Part shown: one piece after another, positions 41,283 to 51,841 of the stretch | How the letters are laid out: every line of letters begins with the position of its first letter | Position numbering within the stretch: position 1 is the stretch's first letter | NCBI RefSeq assembly: GCF_024502345.1 | Contig: NZ_JALDNN010000001.1 | DNA from: Escherichia coli | Lineage (GTDB): Bacteria > Pseudomonadota > Gammaproteobacteria > Enterobacterales > Enterobacteriaceae | Length of the DNA: 64,000 nucleotides | Reading direction: 5' to 3' (one strand) | Made by a program: the position numbers and the translations under genes | The notes under the pieces: generated by a model | What the model saw: only the letters and a program-made list of their open reading frames with translations | Databases searched by the model: none | Told to the model about the DNA's origin: nothing

Positions 41283-43385
41283 ATGAAGATTTTTTCCGTC
41301 CGACAGACCGTTTTGCCCGCACTGCTTGTCCTTTCCCCCGTTGTTTTTGCCGCTGATGAACAGACCATGATTGTCAGTGCCGCGCCGCAGGTGGTTTCAG
41401 AACTGGATACCCCTGCAGCAGTAAGCGTGGTGGATGGCGAGGAGATGCGCCTGGCAACACCGCGCATTAACTTGTCCGAATCACTGACCGGCGTGCCTGG
41501 TTTGCAGGTACAAAACCGGCAGAACTATGCGCAAGATTTACAGCTGTCGATTCGCGGATTTGGCTCCCGTTCCACTTACGGAATTCGCGGTATTCGCCTG
41601 TATGTGGACGGTATTCCCGCCACCATGCCCGACGGGCAAGGGCAAACATCCAACATCGATTTAAGCAGTGTGCAAAATGTGGAAGTGCTGCGTGGCCCCT
41701 TCTCTGCCCTGTATGGCAACGCGTCTGGCGGTGTAATGAATGTCACCACCCAGACCGGACAACAGCCACCAACCATTGAAGCCAGTAGTTACTACGGCAG
41801 TTTTGGCAGCTGGCGCTATGGGCTGAAAGCAACGGGCGCAACGGGAGACGGCACACAGCCCGGCGATGTCGATTACACTGTCTCAACCACGCGTTTTACG
41901 ACACACGGCTATCGTGACCATAGTGGCGCACAGAAAAATTTAGCCAATGCCAAACTGGGCGTACGCATTGATGAAGCCAGCAAATTAAGCCTGATTTTCA
42001 ATAGCGTGGATATCAAAGCAGATGACCCAGGTGGGCTAACCAAAGCAGAATGGAAGGCGAATCCACAACAAGCGCCTCGTGCAGAACAGTACGACACGCG
42101 AAAAACCATCAAGCAAACTCAGGCTGGGTTGCGCTATGAACGTAGCCTGAGTTCGCGGGATGATATGAGTATGATGATGTATGCCGGAGAGCGAGAAACG
42201 ACCCAGTACCAGTCAATACCCATGGCACCACAACTTAACCCGTCACATGCGGGCGGCGTGATTACCCTGCAACGCCATTACCAGGGAATAGACAGCCGCT
42301 GGACACACCGTGGTGAACTGGGCGTTCCGGTCACGTTCACTACCGGCCTGAACTACGAAAACATGAGTGAAAACCGCAAGGGCTACAATAACTTCCGCCT
42401 GAATAGCGGCATGCCGGAGTACGGGCAAAAAGGTGAGTTGCGTCGCGACGAACGCAATCTGATGTGGAACATCGATCCCTATTTACAGACGCAGTGGCAG
42501 CTGAGCGAAAAACTGTCGCTGGATGCTGGCGTGCGCTACAGCTCCGTGTGGTTTGATTCCAACGATTATTACGTTACTCCGGGTAACGGCGATGACAGCG
42601 GTGATGCCAGTTATCACAAATGGCTACCTGCCGGTTCGTTAAAATATGCAATGACCGATGCCTGGAATATCTATCTGGCAGCCGGGCGTGGTTTTGAAAC
42701 GCCGACGATTAATGAGCTGTCTTATCGTGCTGATGGGCAAAGCGGTATGAACTTTGGTTTAAAACCATCCACCAACGATACAATTGAGATCGGCAGTAAA
42801 ACGCGTATTGGTGATGGGCTGCTTAGTCTCGCATTGTTTCAGACCGACACCGATGATGAAATTGTTGTCGATAGCAGTAGCGGTGGGCGTACGACTTACA
42901 AAAATGCCGGAAAGACCCGTCGTCAAGGCGCTGAACTGGCATGGGATCAACGTTTCGCGGGAGATTTTCGCGTAAACGCGTCCTGGACCTGGCTTGATGC
43001 GACCTATCGCAGCAATGTTTGCAACGAACAGGATTGTAACGGTAATCGGATGCCAGGGATCGCCCGTAATATGGGCTTTGCGTCGATAGGTTATGTACCG
43101 GAAGATGGTTGGTATGCAGGCACGGAAGCGCGTTATATGGGCGATATTATGGCAGATGATGAAAATACGGCAAAAGCGCCGTCTTATACTCTCGTCGGCT
43201 TATTCACCGGGTATAAATACAATTACCACAATTTAACTGTGGATTTATTTGGTCGTGTCGATAATTTATTCGATAAAGAATACGTTGGTTCTGTCATTGT
43301 CAATGAGTCAAACGGGCGATATTACGAACCTGCGCCCGGACGAAATTATGGTGTCGGCATGAATATTGCGTGGAGATTTGAGTAA
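41283..43385 (+). CDS. yncD: TonB-dependent outer-membrane receptor
   Basis: 700-aa ORF with signal peptide, plug and barrel, ending in the C-terminal aromatic residue (…NIAWRFE). Confidence 0.88.
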   Translation: MKIFSVRQTVLPALLVLSPVVFAADEQTMIVSAAPQVVSELDTPAAVSVVDGEEMRLATPRINLSESLTGVPGLQVQNRQNYAQDLQLSIRGFGSRSTYGIRGIRLYVDGIPATMPDGQGQTSNIDLSSVQNVEVLRGPFSALYGNASGGVMNVTTQTGQQPPTIEASSYYGSFGSWRYGLKATGATGDGTQPGDVDYTVSTTRFTTHGYRDHSGAQKNLANAKLGVRIDEASKLSLIFNSVDIKADDPGGLTKAEWKANPQQAPRAEQYDTRKTIKQTQAGLRYERSLSSRDDMSMMMYAGERETTQYQSIPMAPQLNPSHAGGVITLQRHYQGIDSRWTHRGELGVPVTFTTGLNYENMSENRKGYNNFRLNSGMPEYGQKGELRRDERNLMWNIDPYLQTQWQLSEKLSLDAGVRYSSVWFDSNDYYVTPGNGDDSGDASYHKWLPAGSLKYAMTDAWNIYLAAGRGFETPTINELSYRADGQSGMNFGLKPSTNDTIEIGSKTRIGDGLLSLALFQTDTDDEIVVDSSSGGRTTYKNAGKTRRQGAELAWDQRFAGDFRVNASWTWLDATYRSNVCNEQDCNGNRMPGIARNMGFASIGYVPEDGWYAGTEARYMGDIMADDENTAKAPSYTLVGLFTGYKYNYHNLTVDLFGRVDNLFDKEYVGSVIVNESNGRYYEPAPGRNYGVGMNIAWRFE

Positions 43386-43394
43386 TTACCTTGA

Positions 43395-43412
43395 GGCCCG
43401 GTATTTGCCGGG
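43395..43412. terminator. Hairpin between convergent yncD and mcbR
   Basis: gcccgg-tatttg-ccgggc inverted repeat followed by a T-rich stretch. Confidence 0.55.
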
Positions 43413-43420
43413 CATTTACT

Positions 43421-44086
43421 TTAACGATTGTATTGCTGGTATAAAATAGCAATATTTTGTTGCATAATTTCAGCAAGACAATGTCTGCATCCCTCTTTGT
43501 CTTTTGCTTTTAACGCAGCGAGTAACAGATGATAGTTTTCTATATGCTCCCGTAATTCCGCTGGATTAATCGCTTCATAGAGATAATGTAAACCAGGCCC
43601 CATCCTGACCCACAGTTGCTCAATCATCTCACACAGGATGGGCATATTCGAGCGATGATAAATCGCTAAGCGAAATAGCCTGTTTACATTAATGATTTGT
43701 TCCATGTCGCCCTTTTCTTGCGCCTGCTGTAATTTCTCGAGCAATTCCTGGAGTTCCGCCAGGTCTGGCGGGGTGAGGTTTTCAACAGCCAGAGTAACTG
43801 CCATTAATTCCAGTTCGTAGCGGATCCGATTGATTTCGTCTAATTGACGTTTCCCCACTTCCGGAACTGTAAATGCTTGCGCTGGTGCGACAGAAAGCGC
43901 ATTCACCGAAACCAGACGTAATAATGCTTCACGCACAGGTGTAAAACTCATACCTAATTGCTCCGCCAGATTTTTAGTAATCAGGCGTGCGCCAGGTTTT
44001 AGTGCGCCAATACTAAGCTGATGTTTCAGGTCGTTCTCAACCTGCAGAGTCAAACTGACATGTTTCATTTTTTCCGTTCCAGGCAT
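43421..44086 (-). CDS. mcbR: GntR/FadR-family transcriptional regulator
   Basis: Start at MPGTEKMKHVSLTLQVENDL... (about 221 aa); N-terminal winged HTH. Confidence 0.85.
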   Translation of the reverse strand: MPGTEKMKHVSLTLQVENDLKHQLSIGALKPGARLITKNLAEQLGMSFTPVREALLRLVSVNALSVAPAQAFTVPEVGKRQLDEINRIRYELELMAVTLAVENLTPPDLAELQELLEKLQQAQEKGDMEQIINVNRLFRLAIYHRSNMPILCEMIEQLWVRMGPGLHYLYEAINPAELREHIENYHLLLAALKAKDKEGCRHCLAEIMQQNIAILYQQYNR

Positions 44087-44283
44087 TTTAATTCCTTCGC
44101 GTGTTTTCTGTCCAACCCTGCCTGCATGGCAGAAGGAATTCACCTGGTGTATTAAAGTGAATAATCATAAACCACTCACCTTTGTTGTTATTAACAGCAG
44201 AACAATGATGTGGTTAGTTAATTAAAGCTGAAAATAAGCTTTTTGCCTGGATTTTTATGGCGGCTTATGCCGCCGTTGAAACT

Positions 44284-45321
44284 TTAATCATCACCCGCCA
44301 CGCGGATCACCACTTTGCCGAAGTTTTTACCCTTCAGCAGGCCGATAAACGTCTGTGGCGCATTCTCTAAACCGTCAGTAATTTCTTCTCGGTAGTGGAT
44401 TTTATCCTCTTTCACCCATTGCCCCATCTCCTTCTGAAACTCATGGATGCGGTGACCATAATCCTGAGCGATAATAAACCCTTGCAAGCGAATACGTTTT
44501 TTCAGCACCGTTGCCATCAACAGGGGTAAACGATCCGGACCGGGTGGTAGCTCTGTAGCGTTATAGCTGCTCACTAAGCCACAAACGGGAATGCGCGCAG
44601 ATGTATTAAGTAATGGTAGCACTGCATCAAATACCTTACCGCCCACGTTTTCATAATAGATATCAATACCTTTTGGGCACGCTTTCGCCAGTTGTTCGGC
44701 AAAATCGTCCGCGTGGTGATCAAGGCAAACATCGAAGCCTAACACCTCGGTAGCATGGCGGCATTTTTCCGCGCCACCGGCTACCCCCACCACTCTGCAA
44801 CCTTTAAGTTTGCCGATTTGCCCCACCGTCGCCCCCACTGGTCCTGTCGCCGCAGCTACCACCAACGTTTCGCCCTCTTTAGGCTGACCGATATCCAGCA
44901 GCCCCATATAAGCGGTAAAGCCTGGCATCCCCAGCACACCCAGCGACCACGATGGATTTTGCGGATGATCGCCAAGTTTCACCAGATCATCACCACTGGA
45001 TATGTCATAGTCCTGCCATCCACTGTAGCCCAGCACCCAGTCGCCAGGCTGATAATCAGGATGATTCGACTCCACGACACGGCTCACCGTACCGCCGACC
45101 ATCACGCCGCCAATATCAACCGGCGGTGAATAAGATGGCTCATCGCTCATACGTCCACGCATATACGGGTCCAGGGACAAATAAACTGTGCGCAGTAACA
45201 CCTGTCCTTCACCCGGTGTGGCGACATCATCTTCTTCAAGACGGAAATTCTCCGGAACCGGTGCGCCATGCGGACGCGAGGCCAGAACCCAACGTCGATT
45301 ACGCTGCTTTTGTTGCCCCAT
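44284..45321 (-). CDS. curA: NADPH-dependent curcumin reductase / medium-chain dehydrogenase
   Basis: Start at MGQQKQRNRRWVLASRPHGAPVPENF (345 aa); Rossmann motif AAATGPVGATVGQI. Confidence 0.88.
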   Translation of the reverse strand: MGQQKQRNRRWVLASRPHGAPVPENFRLEEDDVATPGEGQVLLRTVYLSLDPYMRGRMSDEPSYSPPVDIGGVMVGGTVSRVVESNHPDYQPGDWVLGYSGWQDYDISSGDDLVKLGDHPQNPSWSLGVLGMPGFTAYMGLLDIGQPKEGETLVVAAATGPVGATVGQIGKLKGCRVVGVAGGAEKCRHATEVLGFDVCLDHHADDFAEQLAKACPKGIDIYYENVGGKVFDAVLPLLNTSARIPVCGLVSSYNATELPPGPDRLPLLMATVLKKRIRLQGFIIAQDYGHRIHEFQKEMGQWVKEDKIHYREEITDGLENAPQTFIGLLKGKNFGKVVIRVAGDD

Positions 45322-45501
45322 AATGCTCTCCTGTGCTTTTGGCATGAATCCATCAATAGTAGCAGGCTCACGGGATTGGTTTTGTTTGCAGCCGTCACAT
45401 CCCCTCTGCAACACGCAATAATTTCATCGAGGAATCCGTTGCTTCGGGCTGTTTTCGATAGTATTGATAACATCATCATCATTATTTTATTGAGGCCAGA
45501 C

Positions 45502-46020
45502 ATGTCCATCCGTTTTGCCCGCAAAGCCGACTGTGCTGCCATTGCGGAAATTTATAACCACGCCGTGTTGTATACGGCGGCTATCTGGAATGACCAAACG
45601 GTGGATGCAGATAACCGCATTGCCTGGTTTGAAGCGCGGACCATAGCAGGTTATCCGGTGCTGGTAAGTGAAGAAGATGGCGTAGTGACGGGATATGCCT
45701 CATTTGGCGACTGGCGTAGTTTCGATGGTTTTCGCCATACCGTGGAACATTCGGTTTATGTCCATCCCGATCATCAGGGCAAAGGTCTGGGGCGTAAATT
45801 GTTAAGCCGATTGATTGATGAAGCGCGGGATTGCGGGAAGCATGTCATGGTCGCCGGGATCGAATCGCAAAATCAGGCCTCGCTGCATCTGCACCAGTCG
45901 CTGGGATTTGTCGTCACCGCACAAATGCCGCAGGTGGGCACTAAATTTGGGCGCTGGCTGGATCTGACATTTATGCAGTTGCAACTCGACGAACGCACTG
46001 AACCGGACGCGATTGGATGA
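45502..46020 (+). CDS. mnaT: GNAT N-acetyltransferase (L-amino-acid N-acyltransferase)
   Basis: 172-aa ORF MSIRFARKADCAAIAEIYNHAVLYTAAIWN... with a GNAT motif (QGKGLGRKLL). Confidence 0.85.
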   Translation: MSIRFARKADCAAIAEIYNHAVLYTAAIWNDQTVDADNRIAWFEARTIAGYPVLVSEEDGVVTGYASFGDWRSFDGFRHTVEHSVYVHPDHQGKGLGRKLLSRLIDEARDCGKHVMVAGIESQNQASLHLHQSLGFVVTAQMPQVGTKFGRWLDLTFMQLQLDERTEPDAIG

Positions 46021-46466
46021 ATCAGTCGCTCACCCTTGCCTTTTTGATTGCCGCCGGAATTGGTCTGGTAGTCCAGAACACGCTGATGGTGCGCATCACC
46101 CAGACCTCCTCTATCATTCTCATCGCCATGTTGCTGAACTCACTGGTGGGGATTGTGCTCTTTGTTTCTATTTTATGGTTTAAACAAGGTATGGCGGGGT
46201 TTGGCGAACTGGTGTCCAGCGTGCGCTGGTGGACACTTATACCTGGCTTGCTGGGATCGTTTTTTGTCTTCGCCAGTATCAGCGGATATCAGAATGTGGG
46301 AGCGGCGACAACTATTGCAGTACTGGTCGCCAGCCAGCTGATTGGCGGTCTGGTTCTGGATATCTTCCGCAGTCATGGCGTACCACTACGGGCGTTGTTC
46401 GGCCCAATTTGTGGCGCAATTTTACTTGTGGTTGGCGCCTGGTTGGTAGCCAGACGCTCATTTTAA
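46017..46466 (+). CDS. ydcZ: DMT-superfamily inner-membrane protein
   Basis: 149-aa hydrophobic ORF overlapping the mnaT stop by 4 nt. Confidence 0.8.
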   Translation: MNQSLTLAFLIAAGIGLVVQNTLMVRITQTSSIILIAMLLNSLVGIVLFVSILWFKQGMAGFGELVSSVRWWTLIPGLLGSFFVFASISGYQNVGAATTIAVLVASQLIGGLVLDIFRSHGVPLRALFGPICGAILLVVGAWLVARRSF

Positions 46467-46700
46467 TCACAGGATGGTGCCGCCTTTGGTTAACTGTTCA
46501 TGGCGCGCTTCCATATCTTCTTTATGCTTGCGACCGTGATGAGCAATAGCGGTGCGCAAACGCTGCTGCTGGGTGTAGCGATCTTCCCGACTTAACTCCG
46601 CGTCATCGCTCAGGGCGATTAATAATTCGTTCATATGGGCAATGACGCTCTCTTCAATCGCGGCATCCACGCGCGCGATGACTTCATCCAGATGCGACAT
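46467..46700 (-). CDS. ydcY: Small conserved protein YdcY
   Basis: 77-aa ORF MSHLDEVIARVDAAIEESVIAHMNELLIAL... Confidence 0.75.
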   Translation of the reverse strand: MSHLDEVIARVDAAIEESVIAHMNELLIALSDDAELSREDRYTQQQRLRTAIAHHGRKHKEDMEARHEQLTKGGTIL

Positions 46701-46785
46701 ACTTTCTCCTTAGCCACTTGTGAAATTTATCGATTCATCCAAATGATATAAGTCTGCGTGGTGCCGTCAAGCCAGTGAGTAAGAT

Positions 46786-46959
46786 TTAAAACAGTGAAAA
46801 CAACAGCGCCACCGGGAAACTCATCGGCCATGTGGCCCCCACCAGAAAGGCGCTTAAGAAACGGATGCGTTTCTTATCGTGAGAAAGAAACCAGGTGATA
46901 AGAAATGCGATTGCTGCCATAACCGCATAAAAAACAAGCATGTGTTGATAGAGAGACAT
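46786..46959 (-). CDS. ortT: Small membrane toxin OrtT (orphan toxin, GhoT-like)
   Basis: 57-aa ORF MSLYQHMLVFYAVMAAIAFLITWFLSHDKKRIRFLSAFLVGATWPMSFPVALLFSLF from the internal ATG of the track ORF. Confidence 0.8.
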   Translation of the reverse strand: MSLYQHMLVFYAVMAAIAFLITWFLSHDKKRIRFLSAFLVGATWPMSFPVALLFSLF

Positions 46960-47153
46960 GTACGGGCGTCCAGCCAGATGAATAAAACGCGCGCAAATAT
47001 GCGTCATTTTTTGACGTGCATCAAGTTTTTTCACCAGTTAGAGAAAAAATCATCAAACAGCAACTTGCCCTTATCCATCTTCAGAATGAGTATTATTGCG
47101 GATTTTCTTAACCCGTACTATACACATAGGGGCAATGATAAAAGGTGGCAAAA

Positions 47154-47249
47154 ATGAATGTTTCCAGTAGAACTGTAGTACTGATAAATGTCTTTGCTGC
47201 TGTTGGTTTGTTTACTCTTATCTCTATGAGATTTGGCTGGTTTATTTGA
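47154..47249 (+). CDS. yncL: Small membrane protein YncL (31 aa)
   Basis: ATG preceded by SD aaaggtgg; translation MNVSSRTVVLINVFAAVGLFTLISMRFGWFI; too short for the ORF track. Confidence 0.7.
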   Translation: MNVSSRTVVLINVFAAVGLFTLISMRFGWFI

Positions 47250-47270
47250 TGTAGTGATTTTGCACGCAGC

Positions 47271-47308
47271 ACGTACTGTCAGAGAAATCAACTCTCTGAC
47301 AGTACGCA
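47271..47308. repeat. Perfect 12-13 bp inverted repeat (hairpin) just downstream of yncL
   Basis: acgtactgtcagag ... ctctgacagtacg with an 8-10 nt loop; no clear U-tract. Confidence 0.6.
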
Positions 47309-47650
47309 AGATCTTCTCATACTCTCCAGGTTTACAACATTATCCTTAATATTTACTTCTTTTTGCTGGCATCTACATTGAAATGAGTAGAAAACATCCC
47401 CCTACTGTCGTCTATACAAACAGCTTACTGATTCAAAGGGAATCTTGTTTTCACATTTTTCTATCATGAATACTTTATACGCGCGGGAGTCTATAAATGC
47501 TTTATACTTTCAAGGAATAACGCAAATATAAAAAGATGGCGTAAAGTATATGCATGGCAGGATGTTTGCAACCTCCTTCATGACGCTGCCCCATTGAAAT
47601 TGCAAACCCCGCCCTGGTTATCTTGCCCATTTATCATGCAAAACAGATAA

Positions 47651-48460
47651 TTATAGGCCTCTGAATACCTCAGAAAGATTGAATTTTTTATAGTCCCTCT
47701 CTTGAATATTTCCATTTGAAATCAATCGATTCATCTCTTCAACAAAATAATTTATATCATCACACTTGTTATTATCCGGAAGATCTGAGTAGTTATAATT
47801 CCACCATTTTATTCTCAACAGTTCATCAATAACATTTGAATCAAACCTAAATCTGATTATTTTTGCAGGAACTCCTGCAACTATGGCATATGGGGGCACA
47901 TCTTTGGTAACAACGGAATTGGCAGCAATAACAGCACCATCACCTATTGTGATGCCACCTTTCAATACAACATCATTTCCTATCCAGACATCATTTCCTA
48001 TAATCGGATTTTCAGGTTTTGTAATGAATGGTTTCAATGTCCAGCTACGTTCAAACTCACTCATAGCAAACTTATCAAATTCACCGTTATAAGTCATCAT
48101 GTGAGTAGTAAAACGATTCAAAGAATGATTTCCACCCATTATTTTTACATTTGATGCAATACTACAAAATCGACCTATACGTATATTCCCTGAAAAATGA
48201 CAGGTCGGAAATGAAAAAGCGCCGACACTGGAGAAATTTTTTACAGGCATTGTTGAATATTCTTCAGCAATAACATTATCTTCAATTGTTATCTTGTCAC
48301 CTTTTGAGAAAAGAAATAAATTCCTTTCTTTATACGACTTCTTCCCCTTATGATTTAAAAAGATTTTATTATCCATACAAAACTCAAAGTGTTTTTTCGT
48401 CCATCTGAAGGTAAGGGGTTTATTTTTATCTTCCGTGAATTTGTACAATTGAACTTTCAT
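47651..48460 (-). CDS. Hexapeptide-repeat acetyltransferase, XAT family (CatB/Vat-like)
   Basis: 269-aa ORF; the C-terminal half (…GRFCSIASNVKIMGGNHSLNRF…IGNDVWIGNDVVLKGGITIGDGAVIAANSVVTKDVPPYAIVAGVPAKIIRFRFDSNVIDELLRIKWWNY…) closely resembles the conserved core of CatB chloramphenicol and Vat streptogramin-A acetyltransferases. Markedly AT-rich. Confidence 0.75.
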   Translation of the reverse strand: MKVQLYKFTEDKNKPLTFRWTKKHFEFCMDNKIFLNHKGKKSYKERNLFLFSKGDKITIEDNVIAEEYSTMPVKNFSSVGAFSFPTCHFSGNIRIGRFCSIASNVKIMGGNHSLNRFTTHMMTYNGEFDKFAMSEFERSWTLKPFITKPENPIIGNDVWIGNDVVLKGGITIGDGAVIAANSVVTKDVPPYAIVAGVPAKIIRFRFDSNVIDELLRIKWWNYNYSDLPDNNKCDDINYFVEEMNRLISNGNIQERDYKKFNLSEVFRGL

Positions 48461-48633
48461 TGTTAATACTTCTACTTATAAAGTATTAGTTTAATAACGA
48501 TACTCTAAAGCCTTATGCTAATCAACTGTGACAGGATGAAAAATCGCCATCAAACATTTAGCCTAATTTTTACGCTAGTTATTAATGTAATCATTCTAAT
48601 ACTTAACCGCCATTAAACTCAGAACCGAAAACG

Positions 48634-48660
48634 ATAGTGGCCGTCCTATAACAGCCACTA
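48634..48660 (-). terminator. Putative terminator after patD
   Basis: agtggc/gccact hairpin just downstream of the patD stop on the minus strand. Confidence 0.45.
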
Positions 48661-48669
48661 ACATCTAAC

Positions 48670-50094
48670 TTAATGTTTAACCATGACGTGGCGGACGACG
48701 GTGTAATCCTCCAGCCCATAAAGTGACATATCCTTGCCGTAACCAGAAAGTTTCTGCCCACCGTGCGGCATTTCACTTACCAGCATGAAATGGGTATTGA
48801 CCCAGGTACAACCATATTGCAGTCGTGCGCTGACGCGATGCGCCCTGCCCACATCTTTCGTCCATACCGAAGATGCAAGTCCGTACTGGCTGTCATTCGC
48901 CCAGTTCACCACCTGTTCTTCGTTGTCGAAGAGCGTAACACTCACTACTGGACCAAATACCTCTTTTTGCACGATGGCATCGTCCTGTAATGCGCCAGCC
49001 AGCAGCGTCGGCTCATAGTAATAGCCATTACCCTTGCGCTTTTCACCGCCAGTGATCACTTTGATGTGCCCTGTCGCTTTCGCCTCTTCTACTGCCTTGC
49101 TGACGCGTTCGAGATGCGCCAGCGAGCTTAAAGGTCCAAGCTCCGTAGACTCGTCATCCGGCGCACCAGATTTTAACGTTGCCACTGCAGCACCGAGTTT
49201 TTCCACCAACGTATCGTAAATGCCTTTTTGCGCGTAGATCCGACAAGCCGCAGTACAATCCTGTCCGGCATTGTAATAGCCAAATGTACGTACACCTTCG
49301 ACCACTGCTTCAATATCCGCATCATCAAAAACAATCACTGGCGCTTTGCCACCAAGTTCCATATGAGTTCGCTTAATGGACGGCGCGGTATGGCTGATGA
49401 TGTGCTCGCCGGTGGCGATAGAGCCCGTCAGCGACACCATCCGCACTTTGGGATGACCGGTCAGCGGATCGCCCACCGTTTTGCCTCTGCCAAACAGCAC
49501 ATTAATCACGCCTGCCGGGAAGATATCTTTCGCCAGCCCTGCCAACTTCAACGCGGTCAGCGGGGTAATTTCTGATGGTTTAAGCACTACGCAGTTCCCT
49601 GCCGCCAGCGCCGGAGCAAGTTTCCACGCTGCCATCATCAGCGGATAATTCCACGGTGCGATAGAAGCCACGACCCCCAACGGATCGCGACGGATCATCG
49701 AAGTATGACCTTCAAGATATTCACCTGCCGCCAGACCATTCAGACAGCGCGCCGCACCCGCGAAAAAGCGAAAAACATCGACAATCGCCGGGATTTCATC
49801 ATTGAACGCACTATGCAGCGGTTTGCCACAATTACGGGACTCCAGTTCGGCAAAAACCTGACCATTTTCTTCGATTACATCAGCCAGTTTCAGCAGACAT
49901 TCCGCACGCACTTTCGGCGTGGTTTGCCCCCATTCGGCAAATGCTGCATCTGCCGCGCGCACAGCAGCATCGACCTGCTCTGCGGATGCCTCGGCAATCT
50001 CCAGTAAAACGTCCCCCGTTGCCGGACTATAGACAGGCTGTTTTTCCCCTTCGCCGCTAACCAGTTCTCCGTTAATCAGTAACTTATGTTGCAT
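48670..50094 (-). CDS. patD: Gamma-aminobutyraldehyde dehydrogenase (aldehyde dehydrogenase family)
   Basis: 474-aa ORF with ALDH catalytic region (…ELGGKAP…, …GQDCTAACR…); downstream of ydcSTUV. Confidence 0.9.
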   Translation of the reverse strand: MQHKLLINGELVSGEGEKQPVYSPATGDVLLEIAEASAEQVDAAVRAADAAFAEWGQTTPKVRAECLLKLADVIEENGQVFAELESRNCGKPLHSAFNDEIPAIVDVFRFFAGAARCLNGLAAGEYLEGHTSMIRRDPLGVVASIAPWNYPLMMAAWKLAPALAAGNCVVLKPSEITPLTALKLAGLAKDIFPAGVINVLFGRGKTVGDPLTGHPKVRMVSLTGSIATGEHIISHTAPSIKRTHMELGGKAPVIVFDDADIEAVVEGVRTFGYYNAGQDCTAACRIYAQKGIYDTLVEKLGAAVATLKSGAPDDESTELGPLSSLAHLERVSKAVEEAKATGHIKVITGGEKRKGNGYYYEPTLLAGALQDDAIVQKEVFGPVVSVTLFDNEEQVVNWANDSQYGLASSVWTKDVGRAHRVSARLQYGCTWVNTHFMLVSEMPHGGQKLSGYGKDMSLYGLEDYTVVRHVMVKH

Positions 50095-50115
50095 AGCATA
50101 TTCCTGTATCAGTGG

Positions 50116-50910
50116 TTATTGACCATTGTCGCCTTCGCGGGTTAGCCACCAGGCCCCCAGGATCGGCAAGGTTGTTACCAACATAACCAGCAGTGCCACC
50201 ACGTTAGTTACCGGTACATCACGCGGTCGCCCAAGCTGATTGAGCAACCACAACGGTAACGTTCGTTCATGACCTGCCGTAAAGGTCGTAACGATGATTT
50301 CATCGAACGACAAGGCAAACGCCAGCATTCCTCCTGCCAGTAACGCCGAACTGAGATTCGGCAACACTACGTAGCGGAAGGTTTGCCAGCCATTGGCCCC
50401 AAGATCCATTGACGCCTCAACCAGACTCCATGAGGTGCGGCGAAAACGGGCGATGACATTGTTAAACACCACAACTACACAAAAAGTCGCATGACCGACC
50501 ACGATGGTGAAAAATCCCGGCTCCAGATTGATGGTTTTAAAGGCGGTTAATAACGCCAGACCAGTGACAATGCCCGGCAGCGCAATGGGCAGCAGCAGTA
50601 ACAGCGAAATGGCGTTTTTGCCGAAAAAGTCTCGTCGCCACAGCGCGCCAGCTGCCAGCGTCCCTAACACCAGCGCCATTAATGTCGCCAGCGCCGCCAC
50701 TTTAAGTGACAGTGTCACGGCATCAAGAATATCACTACGCTGTGCTGCCACGCTAAACCAGCGCAGCGTCAGGCCCTGCGGTGGAAAACTAAACGCCGCA
50801 TCTTCAGTGTTAAACGCATAGGCGGCGATTATCAGGATGGGAAAATGTAGGAAAACAACGCCGCCCCAGGCCGCCAGTTTGAGGAAAAACGGTGCGCGTT
50901 CAGAGTGCAT
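50116..50910 (-). CDS. ydcV: ABC transporter permease (polyamine-type)
   Basis: 264-aa membrane ORF. Confidence 0.85.
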   Translation of the reverse strand: MHSERAPFFLKLAAWGGVVFLHFPILIIAAYAFNTEDAAFSFPPQGLTLRWFSVAAQRSDILDAVTLSLKVAALATLMALVLGTLAAGALWRRDFFGKNAISLLLLLPIALPGIVTGLALLTAFKTINLEPGFFTIVVGHATFCVVVVFNNVIARFRRTSWSLVEASMDLGANGWQTFRYVVLPNLSSALLAGGMLAFALSFDEIIVTTFTAGHERTLPLWLLNQLGRPRDVPVTNVVALLVMLVTTLPILGAWWLTREGDNGQ

Positions 50911-51841
50911 CGAACGCTCCCAGACGTTTCACGAACGCCAGGTACAGTGCGATGAGAACAATCGGCACCAGGGTGAATGCCGCCGCCATCGGCATATTGC
51001 CAATCGCCCCCTGCTGGGAATAAACCATATTGCCGATAAAATATCCTGGCGGGCCAACCAGCTGCGGGACGATAAAATCGCCCAGTGTGAGTGAGAAGGT
51101 AAAGATAGAGCCAGCGGCAATGCCCGGGATCGCCAGCGGCAGCACCACATAGCGAAAGGTTTGTCGTGGACGTGCGCCGAGATCAGCCGACGCCTGCAAC
51201 AATGACGGCGGCAAACGCTCAAGCGCCGCCTGCACGGGCAGGATCATGAACGGCAGCCAGATATAGAGAAACACCAGAAAGCGCCCCAGCCCGGAAGTTG
51301 ACAGCGTATTGCCGCCCACCGCAGGTAATGTAAGGAACGCAGTCAGCAGTGGTTCCAGCCCAAGATGTTGTAAAAACCACTGAGCCACGCCATCTTTTGC
51401 CAGCAATAACGTCCAGGCATAGGCTTTAACAATGTAGCTCGCCCACATCGGCAACATTACCGCAATATAAAAAAACGCTTTCATTTTCCCGCTGGTATAG
51501 CGCGCCATATACCACGCCATTGGAAAAGCCAGAATGGCGCTGGCGATAGTGACTGCCACAGCCATAGTCAGCGTGCGGAGAATGATGTCGTAATTTGCCG
51601 GATTAAACAGCGCACGGATGTTCGCCAGCGTCCGTTCCGGCGTTACCGACATGGTGAAATCGTCAAAGGTATAAAAGCCCTGCCATAACAGCGTTAGCAG
51701 CGAGCCGAAATAGACAATGCCAAACCACATTAGCGGGCCAAGCAGCAGCAAAAACAGCCCCAGCCCCGGATTCCGCCAGAAGAAACCGGACACCTTACCC
51801 AGACCTGGACGTGAAGGTGATTGCAATACGTTCATCGCCAT
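50900..51841 (-). CDS. ydcU: ABC transporter permease (polyamine-type)
   Basis: 313-aa membrane ORF; overlaps ydcV by 11 nt. Confidence 0.85.
   Translation of the reverse strand: MAMNVLQSPSRPGLGKVSGFFWRNPGLGLFLLLLGPLMWFGIVYFGSLLTLLWQGFYTFDDFTMSVTPERTLANIRALFNPANYDIILRTLTMAVAVTIASAILAFPMAWYMARYTSGKMKAFFYIAVMLPMWASYIVKAYAWTLLLAKDGVAQWFLQHLGLEPLLTAFLTLPAVGGNTLSTSGLGRFLVFLYIWLPFMILPVQAALERLPPSLLQASADLGARPRQTFRYVVLPLAIPGIAAGSIFTFSLTLGDFIVPQLVGPPGYFIGNMVYSQQGAIGNMPMAAAFTLVPIVLIALYLAFVKRLGAFDAL

Noticed and set aside
44259-44274. Hairpin ggcggc-ttat-gccgcc as the curA terminator
   Set aside because: The T-run lies on the wrong side for the minus-strand curA transcript and no U-tract follows on the plus strand, so it is not a convincing intrinsic terminator.
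47118-47309. 63-aa minus-strand ORF overlapping yncL
   Set aside because: Overlaps the better-supported yncL (SD plus hydrophobic 31-aa product) and the palindrome; no start-site support.
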